Below, piece after piece: positions 10,485-20,903 of a stretch of DNA of 64,000 bases. Source of the DNA: a virus; the IMG/VR virus record IMGVR_UViG_3300033150_001135, positions 28,146 to 92,145 of that record. The stretch is one strand, 5' to 3'. The notes below the pieces were generated by a model. The model did no database searches. It was not told the origin of the DNA and saw only the letters and a program-made list of their open reading frames with translations. Position numbers and translations under genes: made by a program. Within the stretch, counting starts at the first letter, position 1; every line of letters begins with the position of its first letter.

Positions 10485-10855
10485 CAGAAAACAATTTTGA
10501 AGAAGTTGAGAAAACAGTAAAAAAGAAGTATCAAGGAGAAGCTACTGCAACACAAGTTGAGATTGATGCTGTTGGTGGAGAGAAAACCTTGCTAATTAGT
10601 AATGTTCTTTTTCAAACAAATACTGTAGCACAAAGTATGGCTGACTTACTTCTTAATCGATTGAAGGAAAGAAAGGATTACTTTGAAGTATTTATCGAAT
10701 TTTGTCCTGTACCAATTGAAATAGGAGATATTGTTCGTATCCAAGAGTATGTAAGGCATGATAGATTAATTTGGCATATTTGTCGAGTTCGACAAATAAG
10801 GTTATCTATAACATCTAGTAATCAATCAATGAGTTTGGTTGTAGAGGAGGTTTGA
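10481..10855 (+). CDS. Baseplate hub C-terminal-like protein
   Basis: GEKTLLISNVLFQT..AQSMAD..PIEIGDIVRI pattern typical of hub C-termini. Confidence 0.55.
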   Translation: MTENNFEEVEKTVKKKYQGEATATQVEIDAVGGEKTLLISNVLFQTNTVAQSMADLLLNRLKERKDYFEVFIEFCPVPIEIGDIVRIQEYVRHDRLIWHICRVRQIRLSITSSNQSMSLVVEEV

Positions 10856-10916
10856 ATGTATTTAAGTTTTCGTAAAAGGTGGAAAAGGAGTAGGAAGGGG
10901 GTAAAGAATATTTTTT

Positions 10917-12167
10917 ATGGGTTTTAGTTTGGATAGGAGGTTAAGTAAAATGATATTTCTAATAAGTATTTGTATTATTGTTCTTGTAGGAGTAGTAGGC
11001 TACTTCTATTGGCGTAGCCACACGTATACGCCTGAACCCCAACCCATTCCACCTGATCCTTTAGAACCTTCTGAGCCTGAAACTAAAACGGTTGTAAAGG
11101 AACTTCAACCACAAGAGATCAAGAAGAAGATAGGACGTCCTTTCTATCTAGCGAATCTATTTGTTCCAGAATTGTTATGGTCTAGTCGAATTTCTTCTAA
11201 ACAGAGAAAAGAATTACTAGATACTTATGTTACGAAAGAAGCGGGTAACTCTATGAGGGTGTTTCTATTCAGTCAGTGCTGGGGGTGGAAGTATTGTAAG
11301 TGGAATCTTGAGCCGTTTAGAAGGGACGATAATGGTAAGTATATTATGCCTCAACCTTACCAAGCTTCTTCTACTATAGGTAACTTTATAAACGTTGACT
11401 GGGAAAGTAAAGTTATAGAGGTTATAAATGATATTACTGAGAGAAAAATAACAGTTATTATTTCGTTGTGGGATAATTGTGGATTTCATCGTAGAAGTAA
11501 CTCTGCTTGGGGACGGCATTTCCTGAATCCTAGTAACAGTTATATTTCCTTAAGTAGTAAAAATTATGCTTACTACTTGTACGCCGACCAACAACAAGTT
11601 GACCAAGAAATGAAGAACACTGGTAAGGTTGTTGAGGCAATGACCGAGTACATGCTTCGGCAAATTTGGAACTCTTTGAATGAGGAGCAAAAGAAGTATG
11701 TTACTATTGAGTTATGTAATGAAGGACAAGCAGGACAATCGTGGCACGATCGAATGTATAATGTTATTAGGGAAGCATTAGGGGGAGTTGCTCTATCCAA
11801 ATATAGACTTTTTACATCTACTGCTAAACGAATACGTGACAAGTTTACTCCTGTTATACACCAAGTGGGAACGGTAGATAGGTACACCAATAAAGTACCT
11901 AGTTATGTATGTGGGATTTCTACTGATGGATATAGAAAGTATGATGAAAGTGGTAATAGGATACCGATAGATACAACAGTTGCTAGGAAGATACTGACGA
12001 AAACCTTCGATGATGGGCATATTTTGTTTGAAGACTTGCATGGGCATTGTCAGGATCACGTAAGACTTCCCAAAGCTGGGCAGTTTTGGTATGATTTTTC
12101 GGCAATAAGGTGGGATTCTATGCAAGTGGTAGCTGATCGGTTACGGGAGAAGATAGAAACTCAGTAA
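10917..12167 (+). CDS. Membrane-anchored putative glycoside hydrolase (TIM-barrel-like)
   Basis: N-terminal TM helix, Pro-rich linker, NSMRVF, IISLWD and IELCNE (NE acid/base-like motif of clan GH-A). Confidence 0.5.
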   Translation: MGFSLDRRLSKMIFLISICIIVLVGVVGYFYWRSHTYTPEPQPIPPDPLEPSEPETKTVVKELQPQEIKKKIGRPFYLANLFVPELLWSSRISSKQRKELLDTYVTKEAGNSMRVFLFSQCWGWKYCKWNLEPFRRDDNGKYIMPQPYQASSTIGNFINVDWESKVIEVINDITERKITVIISLWDNCGFHRRSNSAWGRHFLNPSNSYISLSSKNYAYYLYADQQQVDQEMKNTGKVVEAMTEYMLRQIWNSLNEEQKKYVTIELCNEGQAGQSWHDRMYNVIREALGGVALSKYRLFTSTAKRIRDKFTPVIHQVGTVDRYTNKVPSYVCGISTDGYRKYDESGNRIPIDTTVARKILTKTFDDGHILFEDLHGHCQDHVRLPKAGQFWYDFSAIRWDSMQVVADRLREKIETQ

Positions 12168-12195
12168 CTGGAATACATTAAGGAGACGTGACAAT

Positions 12196-12612
12196 ATGAA
12201 GGACAAAATTAATGGTTATAATTCTAAGAGTAGAGAGTGGGAGGGGAAAGTTAATGAGTTCAGAGGCTATATGTGTGAGAAAGTAGAGGATCTTGATCAC
12301 AAGATTGAAAAGAATGATGAAAGGATTCATAAGATTCTACAACAACAAAGCTCTGACATAAAAGATATAAAGAACTGCTTAATAAATCTAAAAACAGAGT
12401 TTCTTAAGCGCCCTGCTGAGTGCCCTTTAAATAACCGTATTGAAAAATTAGATGAAAAGATTACAGAAACTAACGAAAGAGTCGATCCTATAGAAGTCTA
12501 CGTTATAGAGAAGAAGGGACTAAGAAGGGCAAAGGAAGTTTTACTAAGTTTTGTTAGTAGCATTATTGGTGGTATCGTTACGTTGGTCTCTTATCTTTTT
12601 ATTAGACAGTAA
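12196..12612 (+). CDS. Coiled-coil protein with C-terminal TM helix (holin/XhlA-like)
   Basis: Heptad region followed by LLSFVSSIIGGIVTLVSYLF. Confidence 0.4.
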   Translation: MKDKINGYNSKSREWEGKVNEFRGYMCEKVEDLDHKIEKNDERIHKILQQQSSDIKDIKNCLINLKTEFLKRPAECPLNNRIEKLDEKITETNERVDPIEVYVIEKKGLRRAKEVLLSFVSSIIGGIVTLVSYLFIRQ

Positions 12613-12967
12613 CGAGGAAAAGAATTGAAGAGGGATGAGAAGAATGAGTGATGAGATATCGTTGGCTAGTGTAGAGGAAGCTATACTAGATCAAGTTAAG
12701 TTTGTGGATATAGTGCTAGAAGAGGCACGAAAACGTGACAAGATTCTTAAAAAGAAACTAGGTATGAGCTATGCTAAATACGTTGGCTTAGCAGCTCCTT
12801 TTGAGGAATTGATCTGCTCTACTAGAAAAGTGAAAGCAGAGTTTGACAGCTATCTTCGAATAGTTAGAGAACAAATTACAGTTACAGAGAGTAAACGACA
12901 AAAACGTAAGCGAAGAAGTAAGAAGTACTAGAAGCAAAACAAGACCTACCTTATTTTGATCTTATAC

Positions 12968-12996
12968 TTGATTTTTCTAACAAAGTTCCTTATAAT
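12968..12996 (+). promoter_or_regulatory. Sigma70-type promoter (copy 1 of conserved phage promoter)
   Basis: TTGATT-17 nt (TTTCTAACAAAGTTCCT)-TATAAT. Confidence 0.8.
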
Positions 12997-13065
12997 ATAA
13001 AGGAATATGAGAATAGAATTAGTAGTTCTGATAACAACATCAATGTATTCTATTTTTCATAACTT

Positions 13066-13188
13066 TAACTCTTTTATTATTAATGGTTTACAAAATGAGT
13101 TCGAATTTTTTATAGGAACTTGGAATTTTTTAAAAAATTTTAAAAATTTTTTTCCTTCTAACTCTTTTATTATTAATAATTTACAAAA
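13066..13188 (+). repeat. Two 30-bp direct repeats in AT-rich intergenic region
   Basis: TAACTCTTTTATTATTAATGGTTTACAAAA (13066-13095) and TAACTCTTTTATTATTAATAATTTACAAAA (13159-13188). Confidence 0.85.
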
Positions 13189-13215
13189 AACTTGTAAAAA
13201 AATTCAAAAAAAGTC

Positions 13216-13244
13216 TTGATTTTTGTAAAAAAGTATCCTATTAT
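13216..13244 (+). promoter_or_regulatory. Sigma70-type early promoter with A-rich UP element
   Basis: TTGATT-17 nt-TATTAT, upstream A tracts, just before the small-ORF cluster. Confidence 0.7.
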
Positions 13245-13280
13245 ATTATTGAAATGATCAAAATAGGGAGGAAAGAAACA

Positions 13281-16000
13281 ATGAGAATACGAACTAAGTT
13301 ACGGCGACTTGAGCCAGAGGCAGCGGTAAACTATCTTTGGACAGAGATTGACCCAGAGACGATCCCGTTGGAAGATGTAAAGTCTCTGGCACTGATTGTA
13401 AGAAACCGTAGGCGAGATCCTTTAGGATTCTTGGGATTAGAGATCGCATGGTGGTTGCGAGCCAACCAGTCTTTAATCAGGAAAAGAATAAAAAAGGAAT
13501 TATAAAGGAGGAAAGAATGACAAAAACAAAACAAATCGTAAGTTACGAACTTCTCAAAGAAATCAGTGACCGAACGTATCAGAGACGAAGAGAAGCCGAA
13601 AGAGAATGTAGACGAAGAGAGAGGTTAAGGAAGGAAGCACAAGGAGTAGACAAAAGAAAACTTAGGAATATTTATAAGGATATTGAAAGGAAAGGGATAT
13701 CAAGGAGCTCGAACCAGATGAAATAGTAGACTTTGGTGCAGGTTCTTACCAGGATGAATGTGCTTGTGTTAGAGTGGAAAGAACTTGGCTTGACGAGAAC
13801 AAGAATACTCCATTATTTCTTGTTGACGATGAAGATCCTATGACATCAGTACCTAGAATTGTAGCCCACGTCTATCGTACAATCATTGATGACGTACTAC
13901 AGTATGGTTATACTCCAGAGTTTTTCCAAAAGAGAGAAAGAGAGATGAGGGATAACAAAGACAGAGAATGGCTTATGGTTACCGACCGTTTCCATCTAAC
14001 GGTGGAAATGATTGGAGGTAAACCTTGTTATGATATCCGAGAACACAGTAGTACATCAGATGATCTCGATGGACGTAAAATTGGTGAGATCAAACAAGGC
14101 TACCGAGGAGCAGACGTATTATTTACTAAACGGATAATGTTCAATTCCTCGGAATTGAAAGAGATCGTAAAACTAATTGATAAAGCACGGATTCATTTTA
14201 GAAGTTGGCTAAATAGAAAATCAAACAAAAATGACTGAAAGAAGGAGAGAGATGAGGGATAACCAATTCAATACATCTACAGAGCTTCAACGCCTAAAAA
14301 AAATCATTCGGAGGAGACGATTCGATCTAGTTGAGAGAATCACAAACGAGATCGGAGCCATAGTTGATGAGTTGATGGAAAGGGAAGGAGTTGAATACGG
14401 TGCAAATTATCCACACTTTGTGGATGAGGGAATTGAAGAAATATGTCAAATTTTAAAAGAGGAATTATAAAGGAGGAAAGAAATGAAAGAAACGAAAACC
14501 AGGTGTTCTGGGATAAATGTAGGTATTTACAGGATTGATTTTAAAGTTGACGACGAGGGGAATAATTATTTTGATTTCTTGTTGGAGCAACTAGCGATTC
14601 CAGTGGAACAACAAAAAAACATTGAAGAAATAGAATTAACGGTCACTAAGTATGAGGTATATCATAACTAATGAAACTAAAAGCAAAGACCAGAGGAACT
14701 GATTCTTCTGGTCTTATGGTAAGTAACAAAACAAGGAGGAAAGAAACAATGACAGAAAAGTACTACTATTACCAAACTTTACCTTTGGAGGAGAAGATTC
14801 GGCTTCTTGACGAAGCTCAGTCGATCCTTCACGAGGAAAAGGAGTCGATTGAGGAATCGCTTCATGGCATAGAGGTGACACTTAGAGACCTCGATCGTAT
14901 GTATGGCACTTCAATGCTCACGAGAGCCGAGAGTTACTGGCTCTCTCACATCAAGGAGGCTCTGGGCAACGGGTCGTCTTCAATATGTTCGCTTGACGAC
15001 ACACTCAAAGAAGTTCGTAAGCTTCATTCCAGTGAAATGTCGAAAGTGAGGTGGTAAGGATGCGAAGTAGTAAGAAAGAAGAAATCATTGAGTTTGTAAA
15101 TTCACCCAGAGGAAACTACATTATCAGTCAGGCACTCTGTATCGCTGTGGATAAACTAAGATCAAAACCAGCGAAGGAACGTGAGGAATCAAACATCATG
15201 GACATGGAGTACTTGATCGAACATGCATTTCCTATATACAGGGATGTTACTGGTTGGAAGGAAGCGATGGATGAACTCTTATTGAAGGAGAGGAAACGAA
15301 GTGACTGAGAGAAAGTGTCCAGTTTGTGACAAGGAAAATATGACCTATCCAGAATGTGATTGGAGTACGGGATTCATTTTCTGTGACGGTTGTATGAGGA
15401 AAGCTGAAAAAATTTACCTTAACAAAGTAAAAGGAATGGATGAATCCGATAACTTTGTATGCTGGCTACGCAGTATAGCCGAAGCTAGAGAAGCAACTAT
15501 GGCTATAAAAAAAGGAGGAAAGAAAGAATGAAAAAATTAACTGAAATGGATAAGCAAGAAATTATGAGTTATGTGGCTAGGTGCCGGAAACGGCAAGAGA
15601 AGTTCCAACCTGGTAGCAGAAACCATCAGAAAGAATCTAAAAGAATTAGAAATGCAGCAAAGCAAATGAAAAAACTTCAAAGGCAAGAGGCAGAAATATG
15701 AAATCTAACCAGGAACTTAGAAAGGAGTGGGGAAAGTTAGTAAGGGAAACTTTACGTGATCCTTGTGAATCTGAGATCAGAAAGAAACTTGAGTCGATCA
15801 ATTTTAGTTACGAGAAAGTAGTTATGAATGAGAAGGGGCGGTACACAGTGAGACATTATCCTAATCTCCTTAAACGTTTCTATCAACTAGCAGGTATGGA
15901 ACCAGAAACGATTAGTCGACAAAGACAGAAAATGTTTCTACATGAATACAAACTAGCTACAGCAGAGGAAAAGAAACGATTCAGAAGCAAATTCAAATGA
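13281..16000 (+). other. Cluster of about 10 small early hypothetical genes, several sharing the leader (AA)GGAGGAAAGAAA
   Basis: Tightly packed ORFs (starts 13281, 13517, 13774, 14231, 14483, 14749, 15051, 15301, 15528, 15698); five carry the shared strong SD leader. Confidence 0.7.
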
Positions 16001-16104
16001 CAATACTAAATGGTGAGTCAAGAGGAAATGAAGCAAGCATCATTTCCTCTGTAAACCACAATGAAGAGGGTGACAAGTCCCTCACAAAGGAGGAAAGTAA
16101 AACA

Positions 16105-17511
16105 ATGAAAAAGAATTGGTTTGAAGTTTCCAGAGAAGGGCTTAAGGAACTTCAAGCAGGAAAACCTAAGGATTTTGTAGTACGTGAGTTAGTTCAAAAT
16201 GCTTGGGACGAGGAGACCACGAATTGCTATCTTAGAATTACACGACTTGGAAACGGAGTCACTGAAATCACAGTAGAAGACGACAGTCCAGAAGGATTTA
16301 GAGACATTACTCATGCCTTTACCTTGTTCGCTCCCACTTACAAAAGATCAGATCCAGAGAAACGAGGTAGATTTAACATTGGGGAAAAGCAAGTGTTGGC
16401 TATCTGTGATGAAGCTGTTGTTTCTACTACAAAAGGAACAATAGTATTCTCATCAGAAGGAAGAGAGCAGAAACCGTTGAAACGTAAGGCAGGTAGTACT
16501 ATTCAAGTAAAGTTGCGAATGAACAAAGAAGAATACGAACAAATGCTAAACTCTACTCTTCTATATCTGCCTCCGAAAGGAGTGAATTTCCAAGTGAACG
16601 ATCGTCGTATTCTATACAGAGAGCCATACAAAGTGCTTGATGCTTTGTTACTTACAGATATCCAAAAAGAGCAAAGAGTGATCAGAGACTACAGAAAAAC
16701 TAAGGTACATCTTCATAAGGTTGAGGATGGTATTGCTTATCTTTACGAATTAGGTCTTCCTGTTTGTAAAATTGATTGTCCCTATCACGTGGATGTTCAG
16801 CAAAAAGTACCCATGTCAGTAGACCGAAACAAAATATCCAGAGGCTACTTACAAAAGTTGCTCACTTACGTCCTTAACGAAGTTTACGATGATGTTGATT
16901 CTAGTAGTACTTCGGAGCTTTGGATTAGAGAAGCATTGAGTAGTAAAATAATTAAAGAGGATGCCGTTCGCTCTATCATTAAGAAACGTTATGGAAGTAA
17001 GGTTGTTGTAGCAACACCAGGAGATCGAAGATCAGTTGATGCTGCATTATCCCACGGATACCGAGTATTATATGGTAACGAATTGTCCAGTCCTGAGTGG
17101 GAAAACATTCGTAAAGCAAATGCTATCAAGTCTGCTAGTACAATGTTTCCTTCCGATCCTACTGATAATGCTGTTGCGGTAGAGAGGGACGAGAACATGG
17201 TTAAAGTTAAGGAACTTGTTAAAAGGATTGCTCGTCGGTGCTTAGGGGTAGATGTAAAAGTTAGTTTTATGAGTTGGGACAGTAAAGTTTACGCACAATA
17301 CGGGCATCGAACCATTACGTTTAATGTCAAACAGTTAGGTAGACAATTCTTTAACCCTCCTCTTAGCGCTAGGATTATTGATCTAGTAGTTCATGAATTG
17401 GCACATGAGAAAGGATACCACACAGAAACCAGCTACCAAGATTGTATTACTAGAATGGCAGGCGAGTTGGTAATGGTTGCTTTAAAAGAACCAGAGTTTT
17501 TTAAGAGGTAA
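16105..17511 (+). CDS. GHKL (Hsp90/MORC-like) ATPase with C-terminal HEXXH zincin-like motif
   Basis: RELVQNAWD (N-box), VEDDSPEG, RGRFNIG, C-terminal VHELAHE; start set by the SD at 16087. Confidence 0.75.
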   Translation: MKKNWFEVSREGLKELQAGKPKDFVVRELVQNAWDEETTNCYLRITRLGNGVTEITVEDDSPEGFRDITHAFTLFAPTYKRSDPEKRGRFNIGEKQVLAICDEAVVSTTKGTIVFSSEGREQKPLKRKAGSTIQVKLRMNKEEYEQMLNSTLLYLPPKGVNFQVNDRRILYREPYKVLDALLLTDIQKEQRVIRDYRKTKVHLHKVEDGIAYLYELGLPVCKIDCPYHVDVQQKVPMSVDRNKISRGYLQKLLTYVLNEVYDDVDSSSTSELWIREALSSKIIKEDAVRSIIKKRYGSKVVVATPGDRRSVDAALSHGYRVLYGNELSSPEWENIRKANAIKSASTMFPSDPTDNAVAVERDENMVKVKELVKRIARRCLGVDVKVSFMSWDSKVYAQYGHRTITFNVKQLGRQFFNPPLSARIIDLVVHELAHEKGYHTETSYQDCITRMAGELVMVALKEPEFFKR

Positions 17512-18692
17512 GAGAGAGAGAAAACTTAAAAAAGGAGAAAACAATGACACCGATACCAAAAGAAACCTTAAAAGTAGAAAAAAGAACGTGGAAATATACA
17601 AATCAATCTTTTGCTGACTGGTTTATCTATGAAAACAAGGACGATCTAGCTTTAGTTAGTCAGGAAGGTAAGATTGAACGGGTACTGCGAGGTGCTAATA
17701 AACCGGAGGAAAGAAAGTGAGAAAGAGTATTACAGAAATTAGAAAAGGATTTCAAAAACATTTCGATACCAACAACATCTTTCCAAGTATTCTAAGTACT
17801 ACGGCTAATTACGACTTCGACATTATCGAGTTTGACAAATGGTTACACAGTAAAGGCTACACTGAAGAAAAGCATGGAAGTATGAAGGATTTTGTTAATC
17901 AACGTTACGGGAAAGAAGCCAGACGGTTTATTGAATCCTTACTAAAGAGTAACTAAGTAGTGGGAAACAAGAAGGAGGTACAAAGAATGGAAGAACTTAA
18001 TTTAGAGATGCTATATAGAATATTCCAACCAACACCGAAACGACTTGACATTAATACAAATGGATATCGGACTTTACAAACTATTGGTGAGTGGTGGACA
18101 CAAGGGTTTTGGGCACTTAAGGATTCCTTTGTTCCAGAGTTTATTAGAAAACAAGCTAGTACTAGCGCTCCAGAAAAGGAAGAAGTTATGCAAGGAGTTT
18201 TAGCCAAATTTCATAACAGTAGAATCACCTACAAAATTGAGAATCATATATACGTTAGCGACAATCGTCAGGATGGTATTCCAATTATTAGACTCGTTCC
18301 TGAAGGAGTATATCTTCATGAGCCAAACAAGATTTCTGAGGAAGCCGTTTACTTGAACATATACTATTTGAATATGCTACTAAAGGCAATATTTCAACAT
18401 TCAAACTGTGAGAAAAACCATGAGAAACTTTTCTCATTGACTGGTAACGGTAAACTAAACCACATGTTTGTGTCACGAGTTACTACGGATGGCAAAGAAC
18501 TTGTTGGAGTCGTAATGCCCTACAACTTTGGGTAAGGAGACTAATTTTTAATGAAATCAACTCAAACTAATAAAACTTTAAGTAAGTTAGAAGCAGAATG
18601 GTAGAAAAAATGCCTACTACTTATATGGTTAGTATCAAGTTTCTTTATGATACGAAGGAATATGAGGTAATTTTTTATTTTCTTTCATATAT

Positions 18693-18770
18693 GTCGGGAG
18701 TTTCTAGGGGTGTGGGTTTTCCTTTTTCTTTCCTCCTTGATCGAAGAGTATCCTGCACCCCGCTTCCGAC
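18693..18770 (+). ncRNA. Putative structured small RNA with anti-Shine-Dalgarno loop
   Basis: Stems GTCGGGAG/CTTCCGAC and GGGGTGTGGG/CCTGCACCCC (G-U pairs favour + strand); loop contains TTTCTTTCCTCCTTG. Confidence 0.5.
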
Positions 18771-18805
18771 TACCAAGCTAAACAATATAATAAATAAGGA
18801 TAAGA

Positions 18806-20191
18806 ATGCTACAAATTACAACTAGAAACGTATACTCGTTTCTAAACGATTATACAGAAGAGTTAGAAAAAATACTTACAGTTCCTTATCCTAACTACTG
18901 GTTTTCACCCCGGTATCGTCAAGGACTTTGGGATGGTAAGCATCACTTCCTAAAAATACCGTCGTGTAAGTTTCCTACGGGACTTTTGTTTATTGTTGAA
19001 AACTACTGTAAGAAAACCAGTACAAAGTATGAAGTAGTGGATCGTAGAATCGCTACTACTATAAGTAAGAAGGAATCAGTAGTACCAAACGATCTACTAG
19101 ATGGGATAACTTTACGACCTTACCAAGTAGAAGCAGTACAAGCAGCTTTACGAAGTGGTAGAGGTATTATAGAAGCTCCCACAGGGTCAGGGAAAACAGA
19201 AATTGCTATAGCTATTGTAAAAAAGATAGGAGCTAGAACTTTGTTTATGGTTAATTCAAAAGATTTGTTGTATCAGACAGCAGAGCGCTTTGAGAAACGG
19301 TTACCAGGTACTACGGTGGGCAGAATAGGAGAAGGACTACTTGAAATAGAACCAATAACTATAGCTACTGTACAAAGTCTGCTTTCAATTCTAAAACGAG
19401 TACCAAGGGAAGGAAAAGACTTGTTAAACTTCTATGAAGTAATGATACAGGATGAATGCCATCATTCAAGTTCCATGAATTTCTATAAACTTGCTATGTT
19501 TATGCATAATGCTTACTGGAGGTTTGGGTTTTCTGGTACTGCTCTTCGTAGAGATGTGTTATCGAATATGAAAGCTATGGCGATAACCGGTCCTGCTATC
19601 TACAACATAGAAACTTCTGATCTGATCAAGAAAGGATATCTTTCAGACATTCAGATTAAAGTATTAGAGAATTCTGAGATTGTTCATGAAGCTACATGGC
19701 AAAAGATATACGAGGCTGGTGTAGTAACCTCTACTACACGGAACGAACTAATAGTGCAACAGGTTGTAAAAGAATTTAAGAAAAAGAAGAAGGTGATAGT
19801 TCTAGTTCGTTACGTAGAGCATGGAAAAATTCTACAAAAGTTGTTGGAAGATCGTAGTACTCCTGCGTTATTTGTTTGGGGTACCCATGATGGAGGGTAT
19901 CGTACAGAGGTAAAGGATAAGTTTAATCGTAAAGGAAAGTTCGTACTTATTACTTCCGACATTTTCTCTGAAGGAGTAGATATTCCAGCTATAGATGTAC
20001 TTGTAATAGCTTCTGGCGGTAAGTCGGAATGGAAAACTATTCAAAAAGTGGGGAGAGGCTTGAGAAAGAAAGGAAAAAATGATATACTATTAGTATATGA
20101 TATTCAGGACAGTAGTAAGTATTTGAAAACTCATAGTAAAGAACGTTTAGAGATATATAAGAAAGAAGGTTGGATGGAAGACGAGCAATGA
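18806..20191 (+). CDS. Superfamily 2 DNA helicase (UvsW/XPB-like)
   Basis: LRPYQ, APTGSGKT, DECH, SGT, EGVDIP and QKVGRGLR motifs. Confidence 0.9.
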   Translation: MLQITTRNVYSFLNDYTEELEKILTVPYPNYWFSPRYRQGLWDGKHHFLKIPSCKFPTGLLFIVENYCKKTSTKYEVVDRRIATTISKKESVVPNDLLDGITLRPYQVEAVQAALRSGRGIIEAPTGSGKTEIAIAIVKKIGARTLFMVNSKDLLYQTAERFEKRLPGTTVGRIGEGLLEIEPITIATVQSLLSILKRVPREGKDLLNFYEVMIQDECHHSSSMNFYKLAMFMHNAYWRFGFSGTALRRDVLSNMKAMAITGPAIYNIETSDLIKKGYLSDIQIKVLENSEIVHEATWQKIYEAGVVTSTTRNELIVQQVVKEFKKKKKVIVLVRYVEHGKILQKLLEDRSTPALFVWGTHDGGYRTEVKDKFNRKGKFVLITSDIFSEGVDIPAIDVLVIASGGKSEWKTIQKVGRGLRKKGKNDILLVYDIQDSSKYLKTHSKERLEIYKKEGWMEDEQ

Positions 20192-20531
20192 GATGGCGTA
20201 GGTTAAGAGAGAAATATAACGAAGGTAAGCAAGATCATTTCTCCGATCCTTACGATTATATTCGGTATCTAAGGAGTATAGGGCAGAGGAGTGAAGCTAG
20301 AGAAGTAGAAAAAATACTAAATAGAAAAGCAAAAGAGGCAAACGACGATGAAGAAGCAACCAAAAATACAAGTATTTAGTTTACCTCAGTTTAAGTATCC
20401 TTTTGTAGTTATCGAATTGAGAAATAGGACTTACTGCGGTTTCTATTTTGAGCCCGAGATTCACCTATGGGAAAGTATAGAGACTAACGTGATGGGGAGG
20501 AAGCTGAAGTTTCATGGGAGGGAAAACAACT

Positions 20532-20903
20532 ATGACTAAACAAATTAAACTCAAGCCCTGTCCATTTTGTGGCAGTAGTAAGCAGAAATTATTTAATTTT
20601 TTCTTGGAGCCACAAATCGAGCCGATTCAAATTCGTTGTGAATATTGTGGAACTCTTGGCCCGGAAGCACATTCAAGCCAGGGTGCTAAAGAGGCGTGGA
20701 ATGAAAGGGTAAAGAGAAAAAGGATGAGTAAACAAAGAAGCAAAGAGGAAATAGTAGGCGATTTTTTACAAAGAACTTCCTATAGAACAAACACTGCCGA
20801 TATGGCATGGATTTTACGATGGGGTTTTGAATCCTTCCTAGAAGTCTTTTGTGATATTCGGGACAACCTCAAGGGGCAATCCAACGAAGGAGATAAAGAA
20901 TGA
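20532..20903 (+). CDS. Lar-family (restriction alleviation-like) Zn-finger protein
   Basis: LKPCPFCG..C..CG..GP..A.EAWNER. Confidence 0.7.
   Translation: MTKQIKLKPCPFCGSSKQKLFNFFLEPQIEPIQIRCEYCGTLGPEAHSSQGAKEAWNERVKRKRMSKQRSKEEIVGDFLQRTSYRTNTADMAWILRWGFESFLEVFCDIRDNLKGQSNEGDKE

Noticed and set aside
13007-13219. 70-aa ORF
   Set aside because: Low-complexity AT-rich intergenic sequence containing direct repeats; probably non-coding
18598-18825. 75-aa ORF
   Set aside because: Overlaps the anti-SD hairpin and has atypical pyrimidine-rich composition; coding status unsupported
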